This document shows, piece after piece, positions 1 to 13,453 of a stretch of DNA of 64,000 nucleotides. The notes beneath the pieces are model-generated. The model was given only the letters and a program-made list of their open reading frames with translations. It did not search any database and was not told the origin of the DNA. The stretch comes from Heptranchias perlo (lineage: Eukaryota). Every line of letters starts with the position of its first letter. The stretch's first letter is position 1. The stretch is from NCBI RefSeq assembly GCF_035084215.1, contig NC_090347.1:23250001-23314000 (forward strand), in the 5' to 3' direction. The translations under genes were made by a program, and so were the position numbers.

Positions 1-1260
1 TTAACAGTTGGGAAAACAGGCAGGAGTGTTAAAAACCTTATTTAAAAGGCTAAGGCGGTCCAAGGGGTCCTCGAGCACCGTTTAAACCACGCAAAACATC
101 ACAGCAGAGTGCCACTCCATGTGATGAACAGATGTCAGATCAGACGACTCAAGAATTATATTTAGTTTAAACTAGGAGGAGTTGCGGTATAAACAAATGT
201 GTACAAATTGCCAGTTCCTGCTCTGCAGCAGGATAAGTAAACTTGTGGGCTTCGTTTAGGTCGCTACAATAAGTGACCAGAAGGCAACTAAAACAGCACA
301 TGCGCGATTTGAACCAACGTTCATGATGTACAGACCTCAGCTCCCAAAGACTGGGCCCATTGTCAGATACGATGTGAGAGGGGTGGAGACTTGGTACAGT
401 CCCACCTGCTGCATGCCCATGACAGGACTGTGATTCGGAGCAGCCGTGTGCTACGGGGTGTGGCGGACTCCCAGCTCACACCCACTCAATCACTCGGACC
501 ATTGTTGCCTCGTCGCAATTTAGACAACTTGGATTTGCATCCAGATTCTTGGCTTAAATGTGTGGTTAACACCTTCCAAAAAAAAAAGGTCATTGCGTAC
601 AGTTAAAATGTGCCGAACAAGTTTTGAATATAAAAAAGTACTACCGTTTTAAAAAGAAATGTAAATTGTGATAAATGAACAGGACAATGCTTTCAGACTG
701 AGTAATGCCCATCTCCAAAAAACAATTCTTCGGAGCTTAAAACGCCGCTGAACGTGTGCAATAAAGGAATGACGAACCAAATTCCTCCCCGTTTGTTAGT
801 GCGGCAGTAAAGGGAAGCTGCCAAGGTTTGCTGGAGTGGAGAGAGGGAGGGGGGGGGGGGAAGAAGGGGGTTATTGATCGAGTATTGGATGTGGTGCCAT
901 CTCTCCAATGCAGCACTAGCGCAACCCAACTCCCTGCCTCAGACCGACCGACCAGTCCAGCCCCCCCTTTAGGGACACACTCCCAGACTCGCCTTCCAAA
1001 TAACAGCAGTTGTTGGACAGACTCCCCTAAAACAGCACAGTTATATATATTTTTTAAAAATCAAAAGCAAATCTTGACGGGTATTTGACATACCTTGGCC
1101 ACATCTATATCTTTGCTCCACGTCACCTTGGCTACTAACTGCAGAATGGCACACATGAAAAGTAAAATTTCAGTTTCAGAATATTCCGTGTGTAAAACCG
1201 CAGCTGAAAGACCATTTGCAAAAAAAAAATCTGCAATTCTCCCCAGATTTTATTTTTTAC

Positions 1261-1671
1261 CTTTTTAAGCTTGTCCTCGGGGTGACTGGGCTCTTGCTTT
1301 GCTTCGCTAGCTTTGGGGCTCTTCTCCTCTTGCGGTGCGGGTTCTTTCTCGGACTTTTTATTCGTTTCTTCGCTCTGGAGTTTGCCCTCGTCAGCGCCGA
1401 TCTCCTCCACCGTTATTTTCCCTTTGGGTTTCTCCGACTCTTCGGCGCTCTTCTCCGCCTTCTCTTCGCTCACATCCTCGGGCTTCTTCGCTTCCTCTGC
1501 ATTGCCTTTTGGCTCCTCTTCGGCTTTGCTTTCGTCAACTTTAGAACTCGTCGTTTCTTCTTTAGCGCTTGCATCGGAAGGTCTGAATTTCAAATATAAA
1601 GAAGCAATAATAACAGCCAGCACGGTAAAGAGGAGAGGGACAGCCAAATACACATCCATTGCCACGTCCAT
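1261..1671 (-). CDS. MXRA7: MXRA7 (matrix remodeling-associated protein 7) coding exon 1; rest of gene lies left of the window
   Basis: ATG at 1671 gives MDVAMDVYLAVPLLFTVLAVIIASLYLKFR (N-terminal hydrophobic segment) followed by a long E/K/P/S-rich tract. Donor AAG|GTAAAA at 1261/1260 (411 nt, phase 0). Position and orientation next to JMJD6 match vertebrate MXRA7-JMJD6-METTL23 synteny. Confidence 0.75.
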
Positions 1672-1679
1672 CTTTCTTC

Positions 1680-1900
1680 TTTGCTCTTTTTTTTAAAGAT
1701 ATGAGAGCACTAAAGTGAGCGAATTTCGTTTGCAACTGCGTTTGAGCCGCTCTGCCGACGGATAACGCGACTGATCTAAATCACAGATGACATGTAAAGA
1801 TGAATCGGATTTCAAAATAGATCGTCATTTCCTTTAGCCCGCCTCCAGAATTTAAAGGCACAGCTACCTCAAAAAAAACATAATTGGCCACCCACCACTT
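1680..1900 (-). promoter_or_regulatory. Probable MXRA7 proximal promoter/5'UTR
   Basis: CpG-enriched DNA just upstream of the ATG, GC-box-like GCCCGCC near 1837 and ATTGG (CCAAT on minus) near 1883. Confidence 0.35.
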
Positions 1901-3016
1901 TCATTGAATCGATTATTTTAACGCAAAAAGCTTGTACCTATCTGACTAAAATGAAGGTCTTTATTTCCTATTTTTAAACATTTCCATATTTTATATCTAA
2001 AACATGATTTCCCATTTTCTTTTATGGAGAGTGACCTGCTTGGACTAAAACTCATTAACGGTTTCGAGTATCTACCCTCCTTCATGGAATAGGAAGGGAT
2101 GGAAACAAATTAAGAACAATTGATAGGGTTGTTTGTCACTTTGCTTTGGGAGACACTGTTGGTGCGATTGAATGCAGTTCCTGGCAGTTTAGTCAAACTG
2201 GACATCACATCAAGTAGGCGAGACAGTACACTTTTATTTCTTTAATGTTTTTAATTTATTTCATGCTTCTTTCCATTACTTGATGGAAATGATGTTACAT
2301 CACCCAACGATGATTCCACTAATATTTGTTCTTCCCCCAGGAGGAATATTCGTGTTCATTTATTACTGTTCGGTTATGAAGAAAGGTACAGACCCAAAAT
2401 GTTGACTGGTTTCTCCATAAATATTGATGACCTGCAGTATGTTTCCAACTTTTTCTGTTTTTGTTTCAGATTTTCAGTAAAAGACAGTAAAATTATCAGG
2501 AAGGTATCCTCAAAGGTAGACTGTTATTTTGTACCTACCATTCATTTGAAAGCTCCGGGGAATATCACAAGATTTGAAACAAGAGGATGAAGAACGAAGA
2601 CATGCCAGGCACATCAGATGGCACGAGAGCCAGACGACTGCACCTGCCTTTGCCCTAGCGATTGTATCGACAGACCCAGGTGCAGCGACCAGGCAATGTT
2701 GGAGAACTTCCTTTTCAGGAAGCCAATTACAGAGCCGTGCCATCTGCTGCAAAGAGACCTGCAGACAAGTTCCACCAAAGGAATGGCAATGCCATTGGCA
2801 ATCAAGGTCCCCAACATTGTCATCAGTGATAGGGCAGACCACAGACTCCATGATAATGAACAGGCACATGGGACCAGATTAAAACAGTCAGTTTTATGTT
2901 GACTGTCGTTTTCGATATTCCAAGGGAAATAGTACAGTCTGCAATAATTGTAAACCGACCGTTTATATTTAATACTCTTTATAAATGGAACGAGGAAGTT
3001 TGAGCCAAATTGCTCG

Positions 3017-4556
3017 TTTTTTTTATTCGTTCGTGGGATGTGGGCGTCGCTGGCGAGGCCAGCATTTATTGCCCATCCCTAATTGCCCTTGAGAAGGTGA
3101 CGGTGAGCTGCCTTCTTGAACCGCTGCAGTCCGTGTGGTGAAGGTTCTCCCACAGTGCTGTCAGGAAGGGAGTTCCAGGATTTTGACCCAACGACGATGA
3201 AGGAACAGCGATATATTTCCAAGTCAGGATGGTGTGTGACTGGGAGGGGAATGTGCAGGTGGTGTTGTTCCCATGTACCTGCTGCTCTTGTCCTTTTAGG
3301 TGGTAGAGGTCGCGAGTTTGGAAGGTGCTGTCGAAGAAGCCTTGGCGAGTTGCTGCAGTGTATCCTGTGGATGGGACAAACTGCAGCCACTGTGCGCCGG
3401 TGGTGAAGGGAGTGAATGTTTAGGGTGGTGGATGGGGTGCCAATCAAGCGGGCTGCTTTGTCCTGGATAGTGTCGAGCTTCTTGAGTGTTGTTAGAGCTA
3501 CACTCATGCAGGCAAGTGGAGAGTATTCCATCACACTCCTGACTTGTGCCTTGAAGATGGTGGAAAGGCTTTGGGGAGTCAGGAGGTGAGTCACTCGCTG
3601 AATACCCAGCCTCTGACCTGCTCTTGTAGTCACAGTATTTATATGGCTGGTCCAGTTAAGTTTCTGGTCAATGGTGACCCCCAGGATGTTGATGGTGGGG
3701 GATTCGGCGATGGTAATGCCATTGAATGTCAAGGGGAGGTGGTTAGACTCTCTCTTGTTGGAGATGGTCATTGCCTGGCACTTGCCTGGCGCGAATGTTA
3801 CTTGCCACTTATCACCCCAAGCCTGGATGTTGTCCAGGTCTTGCTGCATGCAGGCTTGGATTGCTTCATTATTTGAGGGGTTGCGAATGGAACTGAACAC
3901 TGTGCAATCATCAGCGAACATCCCCATTTCTGACCTTATTTTGGAGGGAAGGTCATTGATGAAGCAGCTGAACATGGTTGGGCCTAGGACACTGCCCTGA
4001 GGAACTCCTGCAGCAATGCCCTGGGGCTGAGATGATTGGCCTCCAACAACCACTACCATCTTCCTTTGTGCTAGGAATGACTCCAGCCACTGGAGACTTT
4101 TCCCCCTGATTCCCATTGACTTCAATTTTACTAGGGCTCCTTGGTGCCACGCTCGGTCAAATGCTGCCTTGATGTCAAGGGCAGTCACTCTCACCTCACC
4201 TCTGGAATTCAGCTCTTTTGTCCATGTTTGGACCAAGGCTGTAATGAGGTCTGGAGCCGAGTGGTCCTGATGGAACCCAAACTGAGCATCGGTGAGCAGG
4301 TTATTGGTGAGTAAGTGCCGCTTGATAGCACTGTTGACGACACCTTCCATCACTTTGCTGATGATTGAGAGTAGACTGATGGGGCGGTAATTGGCCGGAT
4401 TGGATTTGTCCTGCTTTTTGTGGACAGGATGTACCTGGGCAATTTTCCACATTGTCGGGTAGATGCCAGTGTTGCAGCTGTACTGGAACAGCATGGCTAG
4501 AGGCGCAGCTAGTTCTGGAGCACAAGTCTTCAGCACTACAGCCGGGATGTTGTCAT
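3017..4556 (-). mobile_element. 5'-truncated CR1/L2-group non-LTR retrotransposon ('family A', poly(A)-tailed)
   Basis: RT ORF followed by a short 3'UTR (GGGATGGGCAATAAATGCTGGCC...CCCACATCCC) and an A-tail, seen as a T-run near 3017-3024. The same 3' end recurs at about 11466, 35190, 37570 and 45755. Confidence 0.9.
3079..4556 (-). CDS. LINE ORF2 fragment, reverse transcriptase domain, uninterrupted for about 490 codons
   Basis: Motifs YRPISLLS, QFGF, LDIKAAFD, GVPQGSVLGP, FADD. The ORF-track start at 4578 lies in flanking DNA, so this is a truncated ORF2. Confidence 0.8.
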
Positions 4557-6494
4557 CAGTTAGTGGTAAAACGCTCACAATATTTTCACGTGAGTCGAAT
4601 TGACAGTGTAAACTAATAAATTGTAAAGCATCCTATTCTTAATGATTTTGATTTAACACCTGAAGTGTACAGGCAAAGATATACTCAAAATTACAAAAAA
4701 CCTCATACGGGATTTACATAGAACTAATCAGAAAGCTTATGGTTATTCGGAAATTCTAGTTCGATGGGAAGAGTGTGACAGATGATAAGGGATTGGTTTC
4801 TGAAAGTGGTTCCAGAAATTGGGCAATGTGCTGATCACTTTTGGCCTCGCAAGTGCAGGAAATGGTCACGCAGGTGGGAAGTCAGATGGCCCACACTGTC
4901 CATCTGGTGATGGGTCTCCTGGTCAGTCCACTGAGCAGTTTGTGCAGTGCAAGCCAGTCAACACAGCTAAACAGAATTGAAGGGCAATTCCAGGGAAATT
5001 AGATGTTTTAATTGTGAGAAAATGAATCATAACGCCAACAACTGCTTGTCTTTTAGAGGGTCTGCAGCACAACTAGGAAGACCGAGTACAGTCGTAAGAT
5101 ACTAGGCATTGAAAAATGTACCAATTCCTACACTAGGCCACAGTGAATGTGATGCACTAGATTTACAGTAGCTGTAGGTTTAACTATCCCCCCTAAGAAA
5201 ATAGAACAAGAGTCACATATGCTGTGCTAAACTACAATGTAAACTGTACTGGACGGAAGGTCCCTAAATATTAACCTTTTACGGGCGGGTCGTTGAGTCT
5301 CTCTGACTTAACTATCTCTCTTTCCCTGATTGCTCATACAGATTACCCCATTTTGACAAGACAGGCCAAGAAAAAAATTTCAATTGATGATTAGGACAAA
5401 AATAATTTAAGTATGCCTCAATTCAAAATCCAACAAAACCAAGAAGCTTGTATTTGATTGAATGGCTTGGCCTCTCTTTCAGGTACCTGCTCACACAAAA
5501 ACATCTGTATTTATTAATTTTTGTATGAAAGCAAGCTGGGTCATTTTCTGTGAATGAACCTGGCTTTTAACCTCATGTGTACTGTGTAAGAAAGGAAGAA
5601 GCCAATAACACCAAAAATGCTTCATATTTGTTACAACTAGCACTGATGACTTGTGGCTTCTGTGTCAACTTCAATGGCCTAGAACTTCCTTTGTTATCAA
5701 CTTGATTTTACTTGGAAAGCTAACTTTGAATTATTTTACTTTTTCTTCACTGAAAACATGTTTGAGTAAGAATAGGAGTGCAAAAAGTATCTTTTAAAAA
5801 AAAAATACAGCAACGGGGTGAATTTACTTACAGGCTGTTTAAGGACGTCAGCATTGACTCAGGACTGTACAAACAAAATTTTACAAGAACCCTTGGCTCC
5901 TTTTAGAAAAGGCAGAATGCTAGCTGTGGACAGTGACATTGCCATCTTTTTATAGTACTTGTCTCCAAGCTTCTGGTTCTTTTTTGTAATATTACATAAT
6001 GTATGCATTTTCCTTCACTGTTCCAAATGTAGATAGTTGGCCACTGATTGTTGCTGCCCACTTCTGAAATAGAACCATTACAGCTTACAGAGTTAAAAAC
6101 TTATCTAATATTTATTTAATTAATTTTTGAAATGTTTTCTCCATTCATTGTTGGTTTGTGCTATGTTTGACATGCACTTTCTACCAAAATAACTTGAAAA
6201 ACCACAAGTTTTTCACATAATTGGTGCCACTGCTGATGATGGCAAAATAATTAAGATATTGCACATAACCGCAACATTAGGAATAGTCATATATATCGTA
6301 AAAAGTTTAAGCAGCTTTCTAAACATAGGTGTAGATCTTTTTTGTTGAATCGACAGTTATATTTATCTAACTATGAAGACGACCATCAGGGCTAGATTTT
6401 CCACTCATTCATTGTCAATAGATGGAAAATCTAGAAATGAAGGATAACTATTAGCTGCCTTTAAAGTGAAAATGTTCCCATGTTAGAGAATAAA

Positions 6495-6605
6495 AAGCTT
6501 ACATTTACACAGTACCTGATCACATCTCTCAAATATTTCAAAGCACACCACATGCAATGAACTACTTTAAAGTGCAATTACTGTTGTTACATAGGCAATG
6601 TGTAA
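6495..6605 (-). mobile_element. 3' fragment of Deu-domain SINE / L2-like tail
   Basis: Reverse-complement similarity to the 3' part of the SINE at 45150-45572 (cttacatttacacagtacct...caaagcac...tactttaaagtg). Confidence 0.5.
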
Positions 6606-8320
6606 ATCAACATTCAAAATGTTGTCATTTTGTAAGTTTACTAATATAGTGTAAGTAAAAAGTAGTCCTTCAGTACTCATCAGGTTCTCTAAGGAATTTA
6701 ATAGCCTGTCAGATACATACAAATCTTTCATAACTTTGATTTTCCACTATCTGTTTCCTTGTAAATTTTGTTTACTTTATATATATTGAAAGATCAGAAA
6801 ACATCATAAAGTATTTTTTAAATGTTTTCATTGATAGTCTAATACTGTATTGTGTTTAGGAAACTTATTAGATGCCAATGCAAAATGGTTGTAGGCTTCA
6901 GACAAATTATATCATAAAACCAATATGTGCAATCTTTTATTGCATTATTGGTGCAATTTTTATGTCAGCCATCTATACATTGGGTTTTTATGCCAATAAA
7001 TAATTCATACATGGAAGTGCCACAGACCCAAGTCACTAGTGAAATAGGCGTCTATGTTTTACAGATAGCTTGAATTGCAACTGTTCAGCTGGATCTTGAA
7101 AATCTGGGATGAGGATGGAACATACTAAATACTATTTAATGGTGACAACACTGCCTTTGACTGGCTGTCTTTTGACATGACGACTAGATGGCAATGCTGA
7201 ATTATTGCACTGTATTCAAAACCATTGTACAATGGTACATTTTCAGTTTAACCTGATACGGATAATTAGGGTATAGACATTTTGCAGCAACACTTCACAG
7301 TGATAAATATGGGATATCCAGGATATTCCAAAAGTGATGAAAATACTTTGTTGTAACAGATGGAATTATATAGTATGTATTGCCTAAATATTATCATCAG
7401 GATAGTATATTATTACACTGCTTGAATAAGGCAAGATGCCAAGACAAAATACAACTATCTTTTACAGTAAAAGATAGGCAGAATAATTTTGTGTCACATT
7501 CAACTGATATAAAATAGTGGAAAGAAACACGTTGTGACATTTTTATGCCTTTTTTTTTGTTTGATATTTAGGCTCTGTGTTAGAACAGCATGTCCCTGTA
7601 AAAATCCCTAAAGTACAAAAACCATTTTAAGTTTAACAGATACATTCTGTGGAGCAGTGGCTCAAGGTCTAGGAATTCTAATACAAGTAGAAATATTCTG
7701 CAGTAGCATGAATCTTGTGTCGCCAGAAACCAAAATGTAGGCGGCTTAATGCAGTCAATCAACCAGGGAAATACAATAATCAACGTTTAAATAAATCACA
7801 GTGTGAGACAACCAGTATACCAGGTTGTACAACATTCCTCTCCAACCAAAAGAGTAGAGTGTGTATCCTAAAACAGACTTTGCTACTGTCACTAAATGAC
7901 ATTTACTGGCTTTCAGGCAGCCGACTAGATATGAATCTTCAGGTAGTTGCGTACTCAATTTCTTCAGCGAAATGGGAGAGACAACTCCTATTGGACAATC
8001 ATAGAACAATATAGAGAAGACATTGGGTCAGACCATTCATCGATGAAAGAATCAGCGGCGACCTTTAGGTAGAATGGTACGATAAATATAGAAATTTTGC
8101 ATCATGTTTTGAAAAGCATTAGCGCTAAAGAAACAAAGAAGTACAGATAGAGATGTATTTAATTTAATGCATATTCTGTATCACTTCTGTTTAGTATCCC
8201 TCAATATTTATGGTAATGTGAGAATATTTTTAGCAATTTACAGAGTTTTACAAACAGCAATCAAGTTAGTTGTCTCTGAATGATAGAGAGATCATGTGTC
8301 CATGGCTGCTTTAAAAAAGT

Positions 8321-8525
8321 TGGTCCTGAAGCTGCACCATAAGATCCTAATGTATGAAGATTTAATGTGTTCATCTGAAATTTCTCCCTTCACTACATCA
8401 GTGGGAATGTTAACCCATTTATTTGAAATGGTTTCATGCATTCACTAAAATGGTGGAGAGAGGAATTTCAGATGAAAACATAAACAATTTGTACACTATT
8501 GTTGTGTGGTGCAATTTCAGGATCA
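8321..8525. repeat. Imperfect ~205-bp palindrome (MITE-like)
   Basis: TGGTCCTGAAGCTGCACCA / TGGTGCAATTTCAGGATCA outer arms; ATGTGTTCATCTGAAATTTCTC / GAGGAATTTCAGATGAAAACAT inner arms. Confidence 0.7.
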
Positions 8526-9744
8526 TTAATTTTGGTATTCTTCAAGGTGAAAGATGTCAGTGCTAGCGAATGGGTAACATTTTAACAAGCTTCAGGAATT
8601 AAATTTACCGTTTCCAGGAGAGCCCCACCTAGTGTACCAGTGTGATATTTTTCATTTCCCACAAAAGCCCATCTTTGTGGCAATGCTGACTGAAATTACT
8701 ATTATGGACAATTTTGTGTTGCAGACCTAACAGTTAGAATCAGAACTGAGACTACCCAACTTTTTCACTTGAAGCCCCAACCAATCATTTAGTTGTTTTT
8801 TTTAAATTGATATTATTAATTTGTCAATTCTTACTAAACAAAGATATCTGCAATTTTATTTCAGGAATATAGAGCTCCCTTAAGGGAAACAAAGCTGGCT
8901 GATATGATCACAAATTTGGCTAGTGTCTTGAATTATGGAGCTGACAGATTATGTTCAGCATTCACAGCTATTTCACCTGATACATGTTAATAGCTATACA
9001 CATTTCATTTGGTATTCTCACACATATAAAATAAAAAAATCTTAAAACTAATGTCCATGACTGCAAATTTAAATCCGATGTATCTGTCAGCAACAATAAG
9101 CCATGATTATGGGATGAAGGAAGGACTTCCTGGCCTGGAACAACAAAATGTACATCTTGCACTTCAAAAGTTCTTTTAAAAAATTCTCAAAATCAAAACA
9201 GAAGAAAAGGGTAACTTTTTTTAAAATTTAAGTACATTATTGTAAGTAGTACTAAATTACATTCTTTTAAAGATGTTAATTGGGAGACTTACAGTTTGAA
9301 AACATACACATAAGGTAAAGATAATCCTTCTTGAAACATGATGTTCTCAATGGCTCATAAATAATTATAAGCAATCACTACCTCAGACAAATTAAATTCA
9401 AGTTTTTAAGTAATTATTGCTTCAGCTTTATCATCACGTATTCTAACATTCTGTTCACCACCAGACAGTATTGTAGCCGATTGCTCGTCTAATTTTTTCT
9501 TGTGCACTTTATATGTCGGATCTATGAGTGATTTACCATACTTTGAAGATGGAATGTGACAGAGGACTACCTCCATTGCTAGAAAGATTCAACAGAATTC
9601 AAACCACATTTGTAAATGTCCATTTTAATACTCTTCAAGGGGTATTTTGATGCTGGGGAATGGGGAACATTTTCATATGCCCCAAAAGTCAAACTTCACT
9701 CCAGTCTCAGAAGAAAAGCCCTTAATACACCAATGTGACAAGAC

Positions 9745-9890
9745 CATAAGAACATAAGAAATAGGAGCAGGAGTAGGCCAATCGGCCCCTCGAGCCTGCT
9801 CCGCCATTCAATAAGATCATGGCTGATCTGATCCTAACCTCAAATCTAAATTCATGTCCAATTTCCTGCCCGCTCCCCGTAACCCCACTT
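9745..9890 (-). mobile_element. CR1 LINE 3'-end fragment
   Basis: (CATAAGAA)2 tail repeat followed by GGAGCAGGAGTAGGCC...CTCGAGCCTGCTCC stem; a similar end occurs at about 50910. Confidence 0.75.
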
Positions 9891-10559
9891 GATAGTTCTT
9901 TGAAAGATAAAGGCCTAATTTACAAGCAATGCAGGTGTTATTAATCAATTGAACTGTGACCTTCACCTTCCTCATATTTACCTCCTTAAAATTCTTAGTA
10001 TTCCTCAATTTCTCCAGATTCTCAACAGCCATCTGCATGGACTCGCACTCTATAAAGCTGCTCTATTGCCTACGTTGAGGGGACACTTACGATGGAATGG
10101 ATGTGCCCCCCCAGCTCCTACTGAGATCTGCAACACATGAGGTGAGCTCTTGCACGGCTGTGAAGATTCAATCACAGCTTGGTCTCAGTAGGCTGGCTCT
10201 CCATTGTCAACTGGTCCTAACGTTTACAGGAATGAGAGTTGTATCAATGTGAACAGCTCTAGCCTCAAGGGGTGAGACATGACAATCAAATATTCTGCAT
10301 TGTGTGTAGCACGCGTTGTCTGGTGCTACAATGACTGCTGTAGCATCAGCCGAAACCAGCACAATGATCAAGGTTGATCTCAGTGGAGCATCATTTGACA
10401 TTCCTGAGGTAGGACGCTTTGGCAAAGTCAAGTTTTGCATACTTTGGTGACTTAAGTTCTGATACCAGAGCAATTGTTCAAGAAAGTCTTGCAGCTGGAG
10501 TAGGAGGTTATGTGTGTTACAAAATACTCCAATGCATCCTTCTGCTCTTCTTATTAGGA

Positions 10560-10985
10560 TGTCAAGACCATGGATAAGAAGCCGAGGAGCTTCACTAAGA
10601 TAAGACCAGTGATTTCAGGCTTTAGCAATGAGGAGAAACAGAAGAAACTGGGGCTCTTTTCGTTAGGACAATGGTTAAGAGGAAAACTAATAGAGGAGTT
10701 CAAAATGATGATGAGTTTTGCTAAGTAATTAGGTAAAAATTATTTCCACTGGTCAGTCAGTTAGGAACTAGAGGGCATAAATTTAAAATGACCATAAAAA
10801 GAATGAAGAGGTTAGAAGAATTATTTTCATGCAAAAGATTGTTAGGACAATGGAATATACCAGAATCAGTGGTGGAAGCATAATCCATAATAACTTTTGA
10901 AAGGGAGGTGGATAAATATTTGAAAAAGAGAAATTTAAAACGTTTTAGGGAAAGGGTATTAGAAATAGGTCCAGCATAGACCAGT
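10560..10985 (+). mobile_element. Degraded CR1 ORF2 3' fragment
   Basis: Similar to the 3' region of the CR1 at 53705-55740 (aaactggggctcttttc, aactagagggcataaatttaa, ttttgaaagggaggtggataaata). Confidence 0.65.
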
Positions 10986-11465
10986 CTTCTCATTGAGACT
11001 ACATGTAATAAAGTTGTGGAAAAGGAACCAATCTATTCTTAATTCAAAGTTGTTTAATTCAAATTATCTGATAATTCAAATATTTTTGCACTAAATTCCT
11101 ACTTTTCTGCTTAATTGAATTGGTTGGATAATTCAAATTGTTTTAGCTCAAAAATCACTTTAAATATTAGTAGATTGTATTCTGGATGTTTCAAATGTAC
11201 AACAAGAAAATTGTAGTAGTACTTTTCCACAGGTTTTGGTTTGCCTGTATATGAAGTGGAATTCTGCTTAAGTACAAAAACCAATAGACAGGGAAAGAAG
11301 GCTACAATACAATATTATTCTCCAGAGGAAAAGCACTACTCTGGTGTAAGCAGAGATCAGGAATTTGGAAAATACTCAGTGGAGAAATTTGCGCCAAAGG
11401 CCACAAGTTGCAGTCACCTTCACCAGTGAAACCATAGTAGTTGATACACATCATGACAATAGGTT

Positions 11466-12218
11466 CAATTTTTTCTTCGTTCATGGGATGTGGGCGTCGC
11501 TGGCAAGGCCAGCATTTATTGCCCATCCCTAATTGCCCTTGAGAAGGTGGTGGTGAGCCACCCTCTTGAACCGCTGCAGTCCGTGTGGTGAAGGTTCTCC
11601 CACAGTGCTGTTAGGTAAGGAGTTCCAGGATTTTGACCCAGCGACCATGAAGGAACGGCAATATATTTCCAAGTCGGGATGGTGTGTGACTTGGAGGGCA
11701 ACAATGCAGGTGGTGTTGTTCCCATGTGCCTGCTGCCCTTGTCCTTCTGGGTGGTAGAGGTCGCAGGTTTGGGAGGTGCTGTTGAAGAAGTCTTGGCAAG
11801 TTGCTGCAGTACATCCTGTGGATGGTATACACTGCAGCCACTGTGCGCCAGTGGTGAAGGGAGTGAATGTTTAGGGAGGTGGATGGGGTGCCAATCAAGC
11901 GGGCTGCTTTGTCCGGGATGGTGTCGAGCTTCTTGAGTGCTGTTGGAGCTGCACTCATCCAGGCAAGTGGAGAGTATTCCATCACACTCCTGACTTGTGC
12001 CTTGTAGATGGTGGAAAGGCTTTGGGGAGTCAGGTGTGAGTCACTCGCCGCAGAATATCAGCCTCTGACCTGCTCTTGTAGCCACAGTATTTATGTGGCT
12101 GCTCCAGTTAAGTTTCTGGTGAATGGTGACCCCCAGGATGTTGATGGTGGGGGATCTGGCGATGGTAATGCCGTTGAATGTCAGGGGGTTAGACTCTCTC
12201 TTGTTGGAGATGGTCATT
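11466..12218 (-). mobile_element. Family A LINE, 5'-truncated 3' fragment
   Basis: High identity to 3017-3770, including 3'UTR and T-run. Confidence 0.9.
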
Positions 12219-12639
12219 ACCAAAGTGCATCCTAATTAAAGCTTTATAGTACCACATGGGTAGTCCAAAGAATTGTGGAAGTATTTTTCATATTGCCACA
12301 ATAATTATTGAATATATATTGGAATTACTTCCCTACTAGTGCCCACAATTAAAGTCCAAACTTTTCACCTTCTTTCCTAGAGCTGTCTTAAAGCTAGACA
12401 AAAATTATTAAATACATGTTCAAATTTAGTAGTGCTACTGCACAGAAACAAAACCTGCACTTTCAATTTGAATTTCATACAGCTGGTTATCAAATACAGT
12501 TCACCATTGAATATGCATTTTCATTTTCGGTGCGTGGGGTTCAGAGTTAAAACAATTAATACTAGTTTTGTGATTCACTGCAAAATGTAGTTGTTAGTTG
12601 GGAATAATAGTCAGGTAAATTCCCCTTCATTTCTCATGA

Positions 12640-12900
12640 AGATGCTGACTCATGCTGGTATCACCCAGATAACCACTGTTTATCTGCTCATCTAGATGGC
12701 AAGTATTGGCAATCTGTTAGAATATGGAGGGCATCATGGCCAAACCTGATAACACATGCTTTCTTTTCAGCTGAGGTCAAAGAATAGCCCTGATTGCTGC
12801 CCCAGCTGAGCAGGTAATAGCACAGACTGAGATTGAACCTTCTGGTCTGTATGCCTTAATACTATACTGGGCAGTAATGTTCCCCATGGCCATAGGGAAA
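12640..12900 (-). mobile_element. Old tRNA-derived SINE ('family B')
   Basis: Reverse complement of the GGTTCAAT(C)CC..GTCTGTGCT..TTAGC..ATCTCAGCT motif shared by several copies in the window. Confidence 0.5.
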
Positions 12901-13453
12901 TCTAGAGTCCTGTAAATTTAACATTTAATGTCTGCTTGGGAACTTTCAAATACCAGCTAGTCACCTCTAAAGAGAAAGGAGAGCAACTCATTTAGGCTGT
13001 TCTGTACCATCATAATAAAAGCTATTAAAATTGTAGTATTTAAATATAATTACTAACTGAACTTGATATGACACATTTCCATTCATATGGGTTGTTCTCT
13101 GTGTTTAAGGAGCACTAAAAGACAATGTAATCTTTTTAAAAGAAAACTAATTTTTCTATGGCAACTAATCACTCCCTCTGTATAAAACCTTCTAGTTATA
13201 AAATGTAATCTGGGAATAAAAAATAAATGTGAATACATATGAGTGGAATAATATTAGTTAACAGAATAATAAACATGGACCAAGAACAAATTTAGTTTCT
13301 AATCTGGAATTTGGAGCAGTTGCAATGAAGATAGGAATTGTGTGTAAATCTGGCTTCTGAAAGGCCTTTGAATCAAGTTATGTGAAAAATGTAGCAATGG
13401 TGTTTTCTAAATTGACAGCTTCAGGATAAAAACAGATTTATTCAGTGTTCAAC

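Noticed and set aside
1216-1696. Plus-strand ORFs of 127 aa rich in F/L or S
   Set aside because: Antisense shadows of the low-complexity MXRA7 exon 1.
3116-4525. Several 65-110 aa ORFs overlapping LINE copies (also 11516-12235, 34336-35143, 53795-55711)
   Set aside because: Alternative-frame or antisense ORFs of LINE ORF2, repeated in each copy; not host genes.
8865-8990. Acceptor-like TTTCAG followed by 41 open codons (EYRAPLRETKLADMITNLASVLNYGADRLCSAFTAISPDTC*)
   Set aside because: Short enough to be chance; no recognisable homology and no linked upstream exon.
10207-10560. Minus-strand open frame of ~115 codons downstream of JMJD6, a possible alternative last exon
   Set aside because: No recognisable motif and no convincing acceptor in the needed phase; flanked by CR1 debris.
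11035-11140. Four copies of TAATTCAAA resembling a small array
   Set aside because: Irregular spacing, very short and AT-rich; not CRISPR-like, at most a decayed DNA-transposon end.
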